Origin: an uncultured Candidatus Saccharibacteria bacterium
Lineage (GTDB): Bacteria; Patescibacteriota; Minisyncoccia; Minisyncoccales; JAGOPM01
Assembly (NCBI GenBank): GCA_964596325.1
Contig: CAZQSQ010000002.1
Location: forward strand, 10,820 to 74,819
Direction: 5' to 3'
DNA: 64,000 nucleotides
Shown: positions 9,321 through 18,724 of the stretch, piece after piece
Layout of the letters: every line of letters begins with the position of its first letter
Position numbering within the stretch: position 1 is the stretch's first letter
Made by a program: the position numbers and the translations under genes
Notes under the pieces: generated by a model
The model's database searches: none
The model's input: only the letters and a program-made list of their open reading frames with translations
Told to the model about the DNA's origin: nothing

Positions 9321-9785
9321 ATGAAAGTCATACTCCTAAAAGACATCGAGAACCTCGGCCGCAAATTTGAGGTCAAAGAAGTTTCCGACGGCTACGCCCG
9401 CAATAGGCTTTTCCCGGATAAACTGGCCAAAATGGCTACCCCCGATGAGCTTAAAAAGTTAGAAAAAGAAAAGACAAAGAAAGCCAGCCAGGCGGAGGCT
9501 AATTTGGCTGGTATCGAGGAATTAATCGGCAAGATTGACGGAACCGAGATTGCCATCCCCATGAAGATTGCCAAAACCGGCAAACTCTATGAATCAGTGA
9601 ACGCCCAGAGGATTTCTGTAGAACTTAAAAAGATGGGATTTGAAGTAAAAAAGAGCCAAGTGGCGCTGGAACACCCCATCAAAGAATTAGGAGAATATAA
9701 TGTCAGGCTGGAATTTGATATGGGCTTGGAGGCGGAGATCAGGGTCATTATTACCGAAGATCAAGAACAAAAAAAGGAGGACTAA
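9321..9785 (+). CDS. rplI: 50S ribosomal protein L9
   Basis: MKVILLKD...G....V.DGYARN, PIKELG. Confidence 0.96.
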   Translation: MKVILLKDIENLGRKFEVKEVSDGYARNRLFPDKLAKMATPDELKKLEKEKTKKASQAEANLAGIEELIGKIDGTEIAIPMKIAKTGKLYESVNAQRISVELKKMGFEVKKSQVALEHPIKELGEYNVRLEFDMGLEAEIRVIITEDQEQKKED

Positions 9786-9798
9786 ATCCTCCTTTTTG
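9770..9798. terminator. Bidirectional terminator rplI/rpmA
   Basis: AAAAAGGAGGA/TCCTCCTTTTT. Confidence 0.75.
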
Positions 9799-9810
9799 CT
9801 TATATAAATT

Positions 9811-10083
9811 TCATTCAACGCTGGCGAATTTAGCAACGCGCTGTGTTCCATCGAACTTGCGTATCCTCTTGGTGCTAAATTTTACCGCGCCGTCGGCCAT
9901 GGCAAAAATCGTATGGTCTTTGCCTAATTTGGTATTCTTACCGGAGCGGATTTTGGTTCCGCGCTGTCGAACGATAACCTGGCCAATTTTGACTTTCTCA
10001 CCGGCGAAAAGCTTAACTCCCAAATATTTGGGGTTGGAATCGCGGCCTAATCTTGTAGAACCACCTGATTTCTTTGTTGCCAT
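9811..10083 (-). CDS. rpmA: 50S ribosomal protein L27
   Basis: [27 protein letters not shown]. Confidence 0.97.
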   Translation of the reverse strand: MATKKSGGSTRLGRDSNPKYLGVKLFAGEKVKIGQVIVRQRGTKIRSGKNTKLGKDHTIFAMADGAVKFSTKRIRKFDGTQRVAKFASVE

Positions 10084-10138
10084 AGTAGTAAATTTCGGTT
10101 AAATTAAGACATACAAATATTAACAGAAAAACCTGAAT

Positions 10139-10867
10139 ATGTCAACAAAATACCCCAAATTCGAGAATTCGCCCCGCCATATTGCCTTTATTCCCGACGG
10201 TAATCGCCGTTGGGCCAAAGCCAGGGGATTAGCCCCTTGGATGGGCCATTACGAGGGCTTTAAGGCCGTAGAAAAGGTCTTCAAGGCTTGTTTTGATATG
10301 AACATAGGCTGCGTTTCGCTTTGGGCGGCCAGCCGCGACAACATCTTAAAAAGAGACCCGGAGGAAATTAAATACTTGCTGAATTTATTCGCAGAAAAAT
10401 TTTCCGAATTGGCGGATGAAAAATTTATTCATAAACAAAAAATAAAAATAACTTTTTTCGGTGATTGGCAGGAGCTTTGCCCGGAAAAAGTGATCAAAGC
10501 AATAGGGAAGTGCCACAAGAAGACCGCCAAATATCACAACAAAAATCTGAATATTTTTGTCGGCTACAGCGGCACTAAAGAAATGGTTGATGCCTGCGCC
10601 TCAATCGCCGCTGCCAAGGCGAAAAATAAAGATCTGCTCATTAATGGCGAGCTGCTCAAAGCCAATTTATATACCAAAGATCTGCCGCCGGTTGATTACG
10701 TAATACGCACAGGAGGGGAGCCGCATAATTCCGATGGTTTTATGATGTGGGATACGGCCAATGCCCAGATCTATAACTCCACCAAACATTGGCCGGATTT
10801 CAAGGAAAAGGAGCTGATAGAAACCTTGGAAGAATATAATAAAAGAGAAAGAAGGTTAGGAAAATAA
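10139..10867 (+). CDS. uppS: Polyprenyl diphosphate synthase UppS
   Basis: PRHIAFIPDGNRRWA, IRTGGE, WPDF. Confidence 0.93.
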   Translation: MSTKYPKFENSPRHIAFIPDGNRRWAKARGLAPWMGHYEGFKAVEKVFKACFDMNIGCVSLWAASRDNILKRDPEEIKYLLNLFAEKFSELADEKFIHKQKIKITFFGDWQELCPEKVIKAIGKCHKKTAKYHNKNLNIFVGYSGTKEMVDACASIAAAKAKNKDLLINGELLKANLYTKDLPPVDYVIRTGGEPHNSDGFMMWDTANAQIYNSTKHWPDFKEKELIETLEEYNKRERRLGK

Positions 10868-10877
10868 TAATATAGAG

Positions 10878-10906
10878 ACAGCGCCCAAAAGACGCTGTTT
10901 TTGTTT
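10878..10906 (+). terminator. Terminator after uppS
   Basis: ACAGCG/CGCTGT stem plus T tract. Confidence 0.6.
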
Positions 10907-10932
10907 GACAATTCCAGAAAATTTTGTATAAT
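10905..10932 (+). promoter_or_regulatory. Consensus sigma70 promoter
   Basis: TTGACA-16-TATAAT. Confidence 0.7.
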
Positions 10933-11081
10933 ATATAAAATTAACAACTAAATAAAGGAGGAATAATACCGCACTAGTTGAACATTTCGGCTTGGGGCCA
11001 CAGGCATTATTTTTTGATTTTCGAGAAGATTTTTGGCCCGATAATAATATTTTAAGTGTAAAAAATCAAAAGGAGGGCAAA

Positions 11082-11537
11082 ATGATGCCGATATTGATGT
11101 ATGTTTTTCTTATTTTGCTAGCCGCAGTAAGCTTTGTGTTCCTGAATGGTAAAGGCGATTGGAGGGATACGCTAGCCGGTTTAGGAATGGTCTTTGCAAT
11201 TACAGGAGTGATTCTTATGACGGTTGTATGGCCGGGGCTATATATGCTGACTTCAGCCGCCATTAAGGATGCAGAAGCAACTGCTGAAAAAATGCTTCTA
11301 ATATCCACTGGTGTGCAAACTACAAAAACCATTTATGATTTCGATAAACTTAGAATAGACAAAAATCTTTTTAATTTGAGTAACCCGGTCCATCGGGAAT
11401 TAATTAAGGAGATAGACAGGGCTAACACTGCTATCAGAGATGCCCAAAATGGCAAAAAAGGCCCATGGAGCATGCTCTACCCGAGCATCGATAAATATCC
11501 ACCAATCATTGAATTTGTCGATAATAAGACGCCTTAA
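11082..11537 (+). CDS. Hypothetical membrane protein (2 TM)
   Basis: AAGGAGG SD before ATG 11082; two hydrophobic helices. Confidence 0.65.
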   Translation: MMPILMYVFLILLAAVSFVFLNGKGDWRDTLAGLGMVFAITGVILMTVVWPGLYMLTSAAIKDAEATAEKMLLISTGVQTTKTIYDFDKLRIDKNLFNLSNPVHRELIKEIDRANTAIRDAQNGKKGPWSMLYPSIDKYPPIIEFVDNKTP

Positions 11538-11573
11538 ATTAGGCATAAATCAGACACGAAAGGGAGTTGGCAA

Positions 11574-12194
11574 ATGATAATCACAATACTACTCGCTTTG
11601 ATTTGCATCGTGATTATTTTGGGCAGAAACCAGAAAAGGCCTGAAGCGAAAAATCCGCAAGAAGAATTTCTGCAAGATCTGAAAAATATTAAGCGCTGGC
11701 CTAAGATCAAATTCTGGCAAAGAGCTATTTTGTCGCGTAAAAATATGCGCTCTGATTTCGAGAAAATTTGCCAGATGTGTACAGATTCGAAAGAAATTCC
11801 AGATACCGAACTTGCCGGGTTAATAGAAAGGATTATTAATATCCTTTCTATTAACCAATCTTGCTGTGAATATATTGTTCGTGAAAAAATTTGGAATAAC
11901 AAAGAACGTGTTTCGCTGATTGCCAGGGCGCTTTTCAACTCCAATGTTTTTCTGAGTTTCATTGATATGAAAATCCTCGCAATTAGTGTGAACTCTCTTG
12001 GTGATAGGGCGCGCAATTTAGGCGGCAGTAAATCAGACGATGAAAGGATTAAACGGGAAATTTCACACATGGAGAAAATTCAGTTTCAGAGAATAGCCGC
12101 CGACATCATAAGCCAGAAAGAAAAAATAGAGGAAATCGAAAAAGAATTTCAAGAATCAGAGATTATTCTTAAAATTCTAAAAACCGCCCCATAG
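11574..12194 (+). CDS. Hypothetical protein with N-terminal anchor
   Basis: 206-aa ORF, GGGAG upstream, N-terminal hydrophobic helix, ends in a terminator. Confidence 0.6.
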   Translation: MIITILLALICIVIILGRNQKRPEAKNPQEEFLQDLKNIKRWPKIKFWQRAILSRKNMRSDFEKICQMCTDSKEIPDTELAGLIERIINILSINQSCCEYIVREKIWNNKERVSLIARALFNSNVFLSFIDMKILAISVNSLGDRARNLGGSKSDDERIKREISHMEKIQFQRIAADIISQKEKIEEIEKEFQESEIILKILKTAP

Positions 12195-12208
12195 GCGGTT
12201 CTTTTTTT
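12179..12208. terminator. Bidirectional terminator
   Basis: AACCGCC/GGCGGTT stem between convergent genes. Confidence 0.7.
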
Positions 12209-13151
12209 AGGCGTTTAGTGAGTGATGCTTTTTATGAATGTCTTTAAGCCGTTTAGAGGTTACATGAGTATATATTTGGGTGGCAGTAATAGAGCGATGG
12301 CCCAAAAACTCCTGAACAACCCTTAAATCAACCCCTTGGGAGAGCAAATCCGTGGCAAAGCTATGGCGCATGACGTGGGGCGTGGTGTTGGCTGGCAAGC
12401 CCGCCAAAAGCGCACATTTTTTTATCATCTTCTCAATAAAACGCGGCGTAAGCCTCTTGGAATTTCTCGCCCCGCGAAAATTTACGAATAAGGCTTTTTC
12501 CGTATCTTTGTGGCCGCGCATTTTCAAATACCCACGTATCCAATGCAGGGCGCGTTTGGAAAAATAAACCGTGCGGGTATGCGAACCCTTACCGACTATC
12601 GAAAGTTCGAAATCCTCGGCCTCAGGGGCAATTTTGAGCTGCTCGGCGTTAAGCGCGGTAAGCTCGGAAATACGCATTCCGGTGGAAAAAAACGTTTCTA
12701 AAATCGCCCGATCGCGACAACCATTTAATTTTTTTACATCCGGAATGGAAAATAATTTTTCAACTTGCTCAACGGTTAAAAACCTGACGGGTTTTTCTTC
12801 CTTGGCCCGCGCCAATTTTATTTTTTCCGCCGGCAGGGAATTGATATCGTGCTCGGTAAAATAGCTCATTAGCTGCCTTAAGGCGATTAAGTAGTAGTTC
12901 TGGGTAGTCTTTTTAAGCCCAGTCGAGCCGGCGGCGGAGCGACTCAAATAAACCCTATAATCCCAAATATGCTCAGGAGTAAGCTCGTGGGGCTTAAGGG
13001 AAGAGAGTTTTTTAATTTCCAACCATTTCAAAAATTTCCGAAGGAATCTAGAATAATTTTCCTGCGTTTTAGAACCTAATCCTTTTTCTACGTCCAACCA
13101 ATCTAAAAAGTCGTTTAAGTGTTGGGGAAGTGCTTTTTCCGAGTTCTTCAT
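12207..13151 (-). CDS. XerC/D-family tyrosine recombinase
   Basis: GMRISE, GKG, TPHVMRHSFAT, LGH...TQIY catalytic residues. Confidence 0.95.
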   Translation of the reverse strand: MKNSEKALPQHLNDFLDWLDVEKGLGSKTQENYSRFLRKFLKWLEIKKLSSLKPHELTPEHIWDYRVYLSRSAAGSTGLKKTTQNYYLIALRQLMSYFTEHDINSLPAEKIKLARAKEEKPVRFLTVEQVEKLFSIPDVKKLNGCRDRAILETFFSTGMRISELTALNAEQLKIAPEAEDFELSIVGKGSHTRTVYFSKRALHWIRGYLKMRGHKDTEKALFVNFRGARNSKRLTPRFIEKMIKKCALLAGLPANTTPHVMRHSFATDLLSQGVDLRVVQEFLGHRSITATQIYTHVTSKRLKDIHKKHHSLNA

Positions 13152-13178
13152 TGTATATAGGAAAACAATACTGCCCTA

Positions 13179-13206
13179 TGTTCGCTTAAGTTAAATTATG
13201 CGAACA
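13179..13206. other. Palindromic dif-like recombination site (11-6-11)
   Basis: TGTTCGCTTAA-GTTAAA-TTATGCGAACA about 28 bp upstream of the xer start. Confidence 0.8.
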
Positions 13207-13243
13207 TATATTAATTTCTATTCTTTACTTGCTATTATTCCCT

Positions 13244-13618
13244 CTAAGGCTTAACCGGGGTCTCTTTATTCCCGAAAAATACTCTTATCGCGTTTAAGAT
13301 GCGGTTATTTTCGAAAAAACCTTTCCAGTCATTTTGCAGCTCGTCTTTTTCTGCGGCATATTCCTTGATCGCCATTTCAAAACGAAAAGAAAAAAAATTT
13401 TTTACTGACGCCATGGTAGAGCTTAGGAAGCTACTAGCATCATTGGTGGCGCCCTTGGCCCGGTCTTTGATATCGGTTGGTAGACCACTTCCCTGCAAAA
13501 GCCCTAAATTGCCATTTTCGGCTCCAAGCGCCTGCGTGGGCTTAAAAACATAAAAAGAGAAAACTGTCAAAAAAATAGCAATGAAATAAAAATATTTTTT
13601 ACAATATTTTATTCCCAT
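13244..13618 (-). CDS. Hypothetical exported protein
   Basis: Signal-peptide-like N-terminus; overlaps the gltX stop. Confidence 0.6.
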   Translation of the reverse strand: MGIKYCKKYFYFIAIFLTVFSFYVFKPTQALGAENGNLGLLQGSGLPTDIKDRAKGATNDASSFLSSTMASVKNFFSFRFEMAIKEYAAEKDELQNDWKGFFENNRILNAIRVFFGNKETPVKP

Positions 13619-15093
13619 AATTTTTTTGCATAATTTACCCGGCGGATAAACTGGTCTTTGCCCAAAACCGCACCGACCTCAAAGGGCCCGGCTGAGGCCT
13701 TTTTCCCAGTCAAAAGGACGCGCATCGGCCAAAGTAACTGACCGCGGATCTTAACCTTGGCCTCAGGCAAGTCAACGTACCCCAAATAGGTTTTTTCCAG
13801 AACTTCTTTGCTCCATTGCGAATCAGAAATGGTATCAGCCAGTTCCCCTATTACCTGAAGGGAATTTTTAACATCTTGGTCAGTCATATCTTTCCAGCGC
13901 AAAAGCTCTTTCTCGTAAGTAATCTCCGGCTTAAAAAAGAAATCTGCGATATCAGGAAATTCCGCCAAAGTGACCAAACGATCTTTATAGAGCGCAATTG
14001 CCGCCTCCAAGTACTGCTCATTGGAAAAAGTTTCCCCGATTAGCCCGGCTTTGGCTAGAAATGGCTTAAGCAGGCCTGCCAGCTCCGTTAATGGTTTGGT
14101 GCGGATATACATGCCGTTAAACCAATTAAGTTTTTGAACATTGAATATTGCGCCACTGGGCCTCACCCGCTCGATGCTAAACTCCTTCACTAATTGCTCC
14201 AAGGAAAACATTTCCCGCTCATCTCCGGGATTCCAGCCTAAAAACACAATAAAATTATTAATAGCTTCTGGCAAATACCCTTGATTGAAATAAAAATTTA
14301 CCGGTTCGGCGTTATGACGCTTAGAAAGTTTAGACTTATCCGGACCTAAAATCATAGGCATGTGCGCGTAAATAATGCCGGGAAAGCCCAAGGCCTCCTG
14401 TAATTGGATTTGCTTGGGGGTATTAGGAATATGGTCTTCACCGCGAATGACGTGGCTGATTCTCATTTCGTAGTCATCGATTACACAAGCGAGATTATAA
14501 AGCGGCGTTGAAATATCGGTGGCAATAACCGTATCCCCGAACAAGGAGGTATCGAATTCCACCTTGCCCCTAATTAAATCATTAAATGAAACTTTTTTAT
14601 TATTGCTTTTGAAGCGAATGACACAAGGCAGGCCCTTTTGCAGATTGTCTTTTATGGTTTGCGGGGGCAAATCAGCACATTTGCCGTCATATTTGGGCTG
14701 TATCCCCTGCTCAATTTGATAATTTTTCTTTGCCTCCAATTCGTCTTTGGTGCAAAAACAATAATAGGCCTTGCCCTCGGCAATTAATTTTTCTAAATAT
14801 TTTTTATAAATTTCCCGCCTTTCACTTTGCCGATACGGGCCGTATTCGCCGCCGATATCTGGCCCTTCATCGTAATTAAGCCCCAACCATTTAAGTCCGG
14901 CGAGTATATCCAGCTCAAACTCCTTTTTGCTTCTTAAAATGTCGGTATCCTCCACACGCAAAACAAATTTGCCTCCGTATTTTTTGGCAAAAAGATAATT
15001 ATAGAGCGCGGCCCGCACGCTGCCGATATGCAAAAAACCGGTTGGGCTAGGGGCAAAACGGGTCCGTAGATTTTTTGTCTCTGAATCAGACAT
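13609..15093 (-). CDS. gltX: Glutamate--tRNA ligase
   Basis: RFAPSPTG.LHIG, IRGEDH, KLSKR. Confidence 0.97.
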   Translation of the reverse strand: MSDSETKNLRTRFAPSPTGFLHIGSVRAALYNYLFAKKYGGKFVLRVEDTDILRSKKEFELDILAGLKWLGLNYDEGPDIGGEYGPYRQSERREIYKKYLEKLIAEGKAYYCFCTKDELEAKKNYQIEQGIQPKYDGKCADLPPQTIKDNLQKGLPCVIRFKSNNKKVSFNDLIRGKVEFDTSLFGDTVIATDISTPLYNLACVIDDYEMRISHVIRGEDHIPNTPKQIQLQEALGFPGIIYAHMPMILGPDKSKLSKRHNAEPVNFYFNQGYLPEAINNFIVFLGWNPGDEREMFSLEQLVKEFSIERVRPSGAIFNVQKLNWFNGMYIRTKPLTELAGLLKPFLAKAGLIGETFSNEQYLEAAIALYKDRLVTLAEFPDIADFFFKPEITYEKELLRWKDMTDQDVKNSLQVIGELADTISDSQWSKEVLEKTYLGYVDLPEAKVKIRGQLLWPMRVLLTGKKASAGPFEVGAVLGKDQFIRRVNYAKKLWE

Positions 15094-15141
15094 AATTGTT
15101 TGTTCGCATAATTTATACCCTAAAAAAGGCAAAAATTCAAC

Positions 15142-16302
15142 TTACGAAAGTAGAGAATAAATATCCGAGGCGATTATTTGGGCGGCGTTAATCTTGGCAA
15201 ATTCTTTGGCAGCCCGGCTCATTTGTTCCCGTTTAGCTGAATCATTAGCGATAACCCGGATTTGTTCCAAAAATAAATTGGGCGTGAAGTTCCCCTCCTC
15301 CATAATTGTTGCCGCTCCGGCGCGGGAATAAATAAAAGCATTCATAGACTGGTGGTTCTGAGCGGATTCAGGCAAAGGAATCAAAATACTAGGCTTGCCG
15401 GCTTTGGCGATTTCAAAAATACTGCCAGAACCGGCCCGGCTGATAACAACATCGGCGGCCGCCAAGGCATTGGCATACTGCGCATCATCCAAAAAGCCGG
15501 CCAAATGATAGTATTTGCATAAATTTTCCGGCATTAAGCGCTCACACATTTGCAAATATTGTTTGATATTAGCCGTACCGCACTGATGGATAACTTCAAA
15601 CTCGAGCAAAATTTGGTCCAAGACATTGAGCACCATGTCATTGAACCTTTGCGAGCCTTGAGAGCCGCCAACAATCAGAACTATCGGCTTCTCAAAACTC
15701 AAAGAAAACATTTGCCCGGCCGTGCCCTTATTGCCCATGAGCAATGATTCTCTGACCGGATTGCCCACCAAAGTGGTTTTCTGAGGCGGAAACCATAATT
15801 TCTTTTGCACGAAAGAAATATAAATTTTATCGGCAAAAGTCCCTATCAGGCGATTGGCAGCCCCGGGAATGGAATCAGACTCATGGAGATAAACTTTTTT
15901 ATAAAGCAGCCAACCGGCCAATGAGGCTGGCACCGCCCCATAACCTCCTTTGCAAAAAATCAGCTTAATGGAAAATAAATTAAACAAAATCCAAAAATAA
16001 GCCTGAATAAGGCCGAGAGGAATTCGAAAAACTATATCGATAAAATTATTAAAAACATCCAAAACACCTGCCGTCCGGCGGAATTTCCCAGAGGAAATAT
16101 TTACAACCTTGATCCCCTCCTCAAGTAACAAATAATCTAATTCACCCTTTGGGCCCAAAAATACATATTCCAGCGTATCGTAAACCACGCCTTTTTTGGT
16201 TTGCTTGGCAATGGTCTGCTCGTATTTTTTTAACTCGCGGACAATGGCAATAATGGGAATGATATGCCCGCCAGAGCCGCCGCCCGCAAAAACAATTTTC
16301 AT
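15142..16302 (-). CDS. murG: MurG GlcNAc transferase
   Basis: GGGSGGH, GNPVR, GGSQG, SRAG, HQ..NA; start at MKIVFAGGG. Confidence 0.95.
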   Translation of the reverse strand: MKIVFAGGGSGGHIIPIIAIVRELKKYEQTIAKQTKKGVVYDTLEYVFLGPKGELDYLLLEEGIKVVNISSGKFRRTAGVLDVFNNFIDIVFRIPLGLIQAYFWILFNLFSIKLIFCKGGYGAVPASLAGWLLYKKVYLHESDSIPGAANRLIGTFADKIYISFVQKKLWFPPQKTTLVGNPVRESLLMGNKGTAGQMFSLSFEKPIVLIVGGSQGSQRFNDMVLNVLDQILLEFEVIHQCGTANIKQYLQMCERLMPENLCKYYHLAGFLDDAQYANALAAADVVISRAGSGSIFEIAKAGKPSILIPLPESAQNHQSMNAFIYSRAGAATIMEEGNFTPNLFLEQIRVIANDSAKREQMSRAAKEFAKINAAQIIASDIYSLLS

Positions 16303-17390
16303 GTTTGGGATTTTGAAATATTTAATATTACGCCACACGCCGTCAGAACCAAAAGTAAAGCCGTGCCCCCGGCACTCATAAAAGGCAACGGTAAACCCGT
16401 GACCGGCAAAAATCCGATTGAAGAAAAAATATGGATAAAGGCCTGAATGCCGATCCAAGAAGTAATCCCAGCAGAGAGCATTTTACTGAAAGTATCGCGC
16501 GAATGGATGGCAATGCTTATTCCCTGCCAAATGAACCATACGTATAGGGCAACCACGCATAGGGCCCCGAAAAATCCCGTTTCCTCGGCAATAATGGCAA
16601 AAATAGAATCAGTGGCGGCCTGCGGCACTCCACCATACTTTTGGCGGCTCATATTCAAGCCGACCCCGGTAACGCCCCCCGAACCCACGGTAATCATTAA
16701 TTGTTTTTGATGGTAACCCACGCTGGAGGGATCAGAATCGTTTGTAATCAGAGCCTTAATACGGGCAAAACGATAAGCTTCAGTAAAAGCCAAAAAGGAA
16801 ATCAAGATTCCGATACAACAAAAAATAACGGCAATATGTTTAAGCTTGGCCTCGGAAAACAAGTAAATCACGCCGATTGAAAACATCGTAACAATAAGAG
16901 TACTCAAATCTTTTTGCAAAATAATCGGCAAAGCCGCGGCTAAGGCAATGCCCAAAAAAATAAAAGAATCTTTCAGTTTTTTGACCCGGCGGATGCTAAA
17001 ATAATACGAAAAATAAATTATTAACGCCAGTTTGAAAAACTCAGATGGCTGAATAGTTGTAAAATGCAAATTAATCCAACGGGTAGCACCCCCGGCGCTC
17101 ATACCTATGACTGGCAAAAAAACCGCAAACATCAAAGCATAACATGCCAAAGCAAAATGGAAAGCGTACTTTTTCAAAATATCCAAATTACGCAGCCCTA
17201 AAATTGTGAACATTATCACCAAGCCAGGAATAATAGCAAAAACCAGCTGCTTAATGATTACCGAATAAGGATTAGCAGTCCCGCGGATCGAAGCCGAGGC
17301 TGTGGAGATGCCGGCCAAAATCGCAAAACCCAAAATCAAAAGCAGTAGGATACAGCTTAAAAAAGAAATGGTGGCTTGTGGTAATTTCAT
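16299..17390 (-). CDS. ftsW: SEDS protein FtsW/RodA
   Basis: GATRWI, QPSEF.K, TDSIFA..EE.G, TGLPLPF.S.GG. Confidence 0.9.
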   Translation of the reverse strand: MKLPQATISFLSCILLLLILGFAILAGISTASASIRGTANPYSVIIKQLVFAIIPGLVIMFTILGLRNLDILKKYAFHFALACYALMFAVFLPVIGMSAGGATRWINLHFTTIQPSEFFKLALIIYFSYYFSIRRVKKLKDSFIFLGIALAAALPIILQKDLSTLIVTMFSIGVIYLFSEAKLKHIAVIFCCIGILISFLAFTEAYRFARIKALITNDSDPSSVGYHQKQLMITVGSGGVTGVGLNMSRQKYGGVPQAATDSIFAIIAEETGFFGALCVVALYVWFIWQGISIAIHSRDTFSKMLSAGITSWIGIQAFIHIFSSIGFLPVTGLPLPFMSAGGTALLLVLTACGVILNISKSQT

Positions 17391-18724
17391 TGGTATTTTA
17401 TGATCTCGTTCTTAAATTGCTCGCCGCGATCCCTATAATCCCTGAATAATCCGAAACTGGGCGCGGCGCAGGAAAGCAAACAGGACATTCCTTGGGGCGT
17501 GTGCTTGATGCAAAATTCTACCGCCTGGCGCATATTGCTGGCAAAAATATAATCGGGCAGTGGGATTTCGCGTTTCTTGCATAAATCCCCTATCGCAGAA
17601 AGCATAAATTTTCCCGACTCGGGGAAAAAGGCGATTTTTTTGATATTGGCCTCAGTGATAGCAAGGGCTAACTGATCATATTTAATTTTTCGATCGTAAC
17701 CCCCCAAAATTATCGAGCCGACTTTGCCGTTAAGCGACTTGATGGCGGCAATCGTGGCCTCCGGGATAGTCGCCAAGCTATCATCGTAAAAATCAATGCC
17801 ATGATAGTTGCCCAGATACTGCATCCGATGTTGGAGGGGTTTGAAACTTTTAAGCGCCTTTTCAATTTTCTCCACCTCTAAACGCAAAGCCAAAGCGACC
17901 ACAATGGCGGCTTGGATATTTTCCCGATAAATTTCTGGCGATATCGGCAAATCGTTTTCCTCGACAAAATTAGAAATTACTATCTGGTTAAAATCAATGG
18001 CGCTGGCCTTGGTTTTTTTGACAAGCTTGGTGATTAATTCCGAATTGCCGTTATAAACAAAAATCCCGTTCTTTTTCTGCCATAAGACAATATTGGCTTT
18101 GGCCTTAAAATATTCGTTGAAATCCTTATAGTAATCCAAATGCTCCGGGTAAATATTAAGAAAAACAGAAATGTCCGGGCTGATTTCCAAGCGATCTAAT
18201 TGATGTGAAGACATTTCGTAGACGCACCATTGCCCGGCACGCAATTTTGGTAAAATGGAAAGCGGCGGGATGCCGATATTGCCCAAAAGCTGCGTTTTGA
18301 ATCCGGCGGTTTTCAGAATGTGATAAATGAGCGAAGCGGTAGTGCTTTTACCTTTTGTACCCGTTACCCCGATAACCCAGGCCGGACAATTTTTCAAAAA
18401 TATTTCAGTTTCCGAGGTGACTTTACAGCCCCGAGGCAACAGTTTCTGAATTTTGCGCAAAGGTAATCCCGGGGTTTTTATAACCACATCGATCCCTTCA
18501 AAAGCCAAAGGGAAATCCGTGCCCAAAAATAATTTAATTTTGGCTTTGCGCGCTTTTTTCAAAAGCCGCCGCCCCTCCAAATCAAAATCATCAAAGGCCT
18601 TTTCATCAGCAATGGCGACTTTACGCGAAATCTTCGTCTCAAAAATCCACTTTAAGGTTTCCCGGCCTTCCCGGCCGAAACCCAAGACTAATATTTTTTT
18701 CTGTTTCAAGTCGGCGATTTTCAT
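17387..18724 (-). CDS. murD: UDP-MurNAc-L-Ala--glutamate ligase (probably MurD2 type)
   Basis: GFGREG, GTKGKSTT, EMSSHQL, EHLDY, DDSLAT. Confidence 0.9.
   Translation of the reverse strand: MKIADLKQKKILVLGFGREGRETLKWIFETKISRKVAIADEKAFDDFDLEGRRLLKKARKAKIKLFLGTDFPLAFEGIDVVIKTPGLPLRKIQKLLPRGCKVTSETEIFLKNCPAWVIGVTGTKGKSTTASLIYHILKTAGFKTQLLGNIGIPPLSILPKLRAGQWCVYEMSSHQLDRLEISPDISVFLNIYPEHLDYYKDFNEYFKAKANIVLWQKKNGIFVYNGNSELITKLVKKTKASAIDFNQIVISNFVEENDLPISPEIYRENIQAAIVVALALRLEVEKIEKALKSFKPLQHRMQYLGNYHGIDFYDDSLATIPEATIAAIKSLNGKVGSIILGGYDRKIKYDQLALAITEANIKKIAFFPESGKFMLSAIGDLCKKREIPLPDYIFASNMRQAVEFCIKHTPQGMSCLLSCAAPSFGLFRDYRDRGEQFKNEIIKYQ

Noticed and set aside
12207-13151. Phage integrase or integron integrase
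   Set aside because: Size and motifs fit a chromosomal Xer; no IntI-specific insertion, attC array or phage genes nearby.
16303-16458. Long ORF-track starts for murG (similarly gltX, gap, acdA, murL)
   Set aside because: They overlap upstream genes; internal ATGs match family N-termini.
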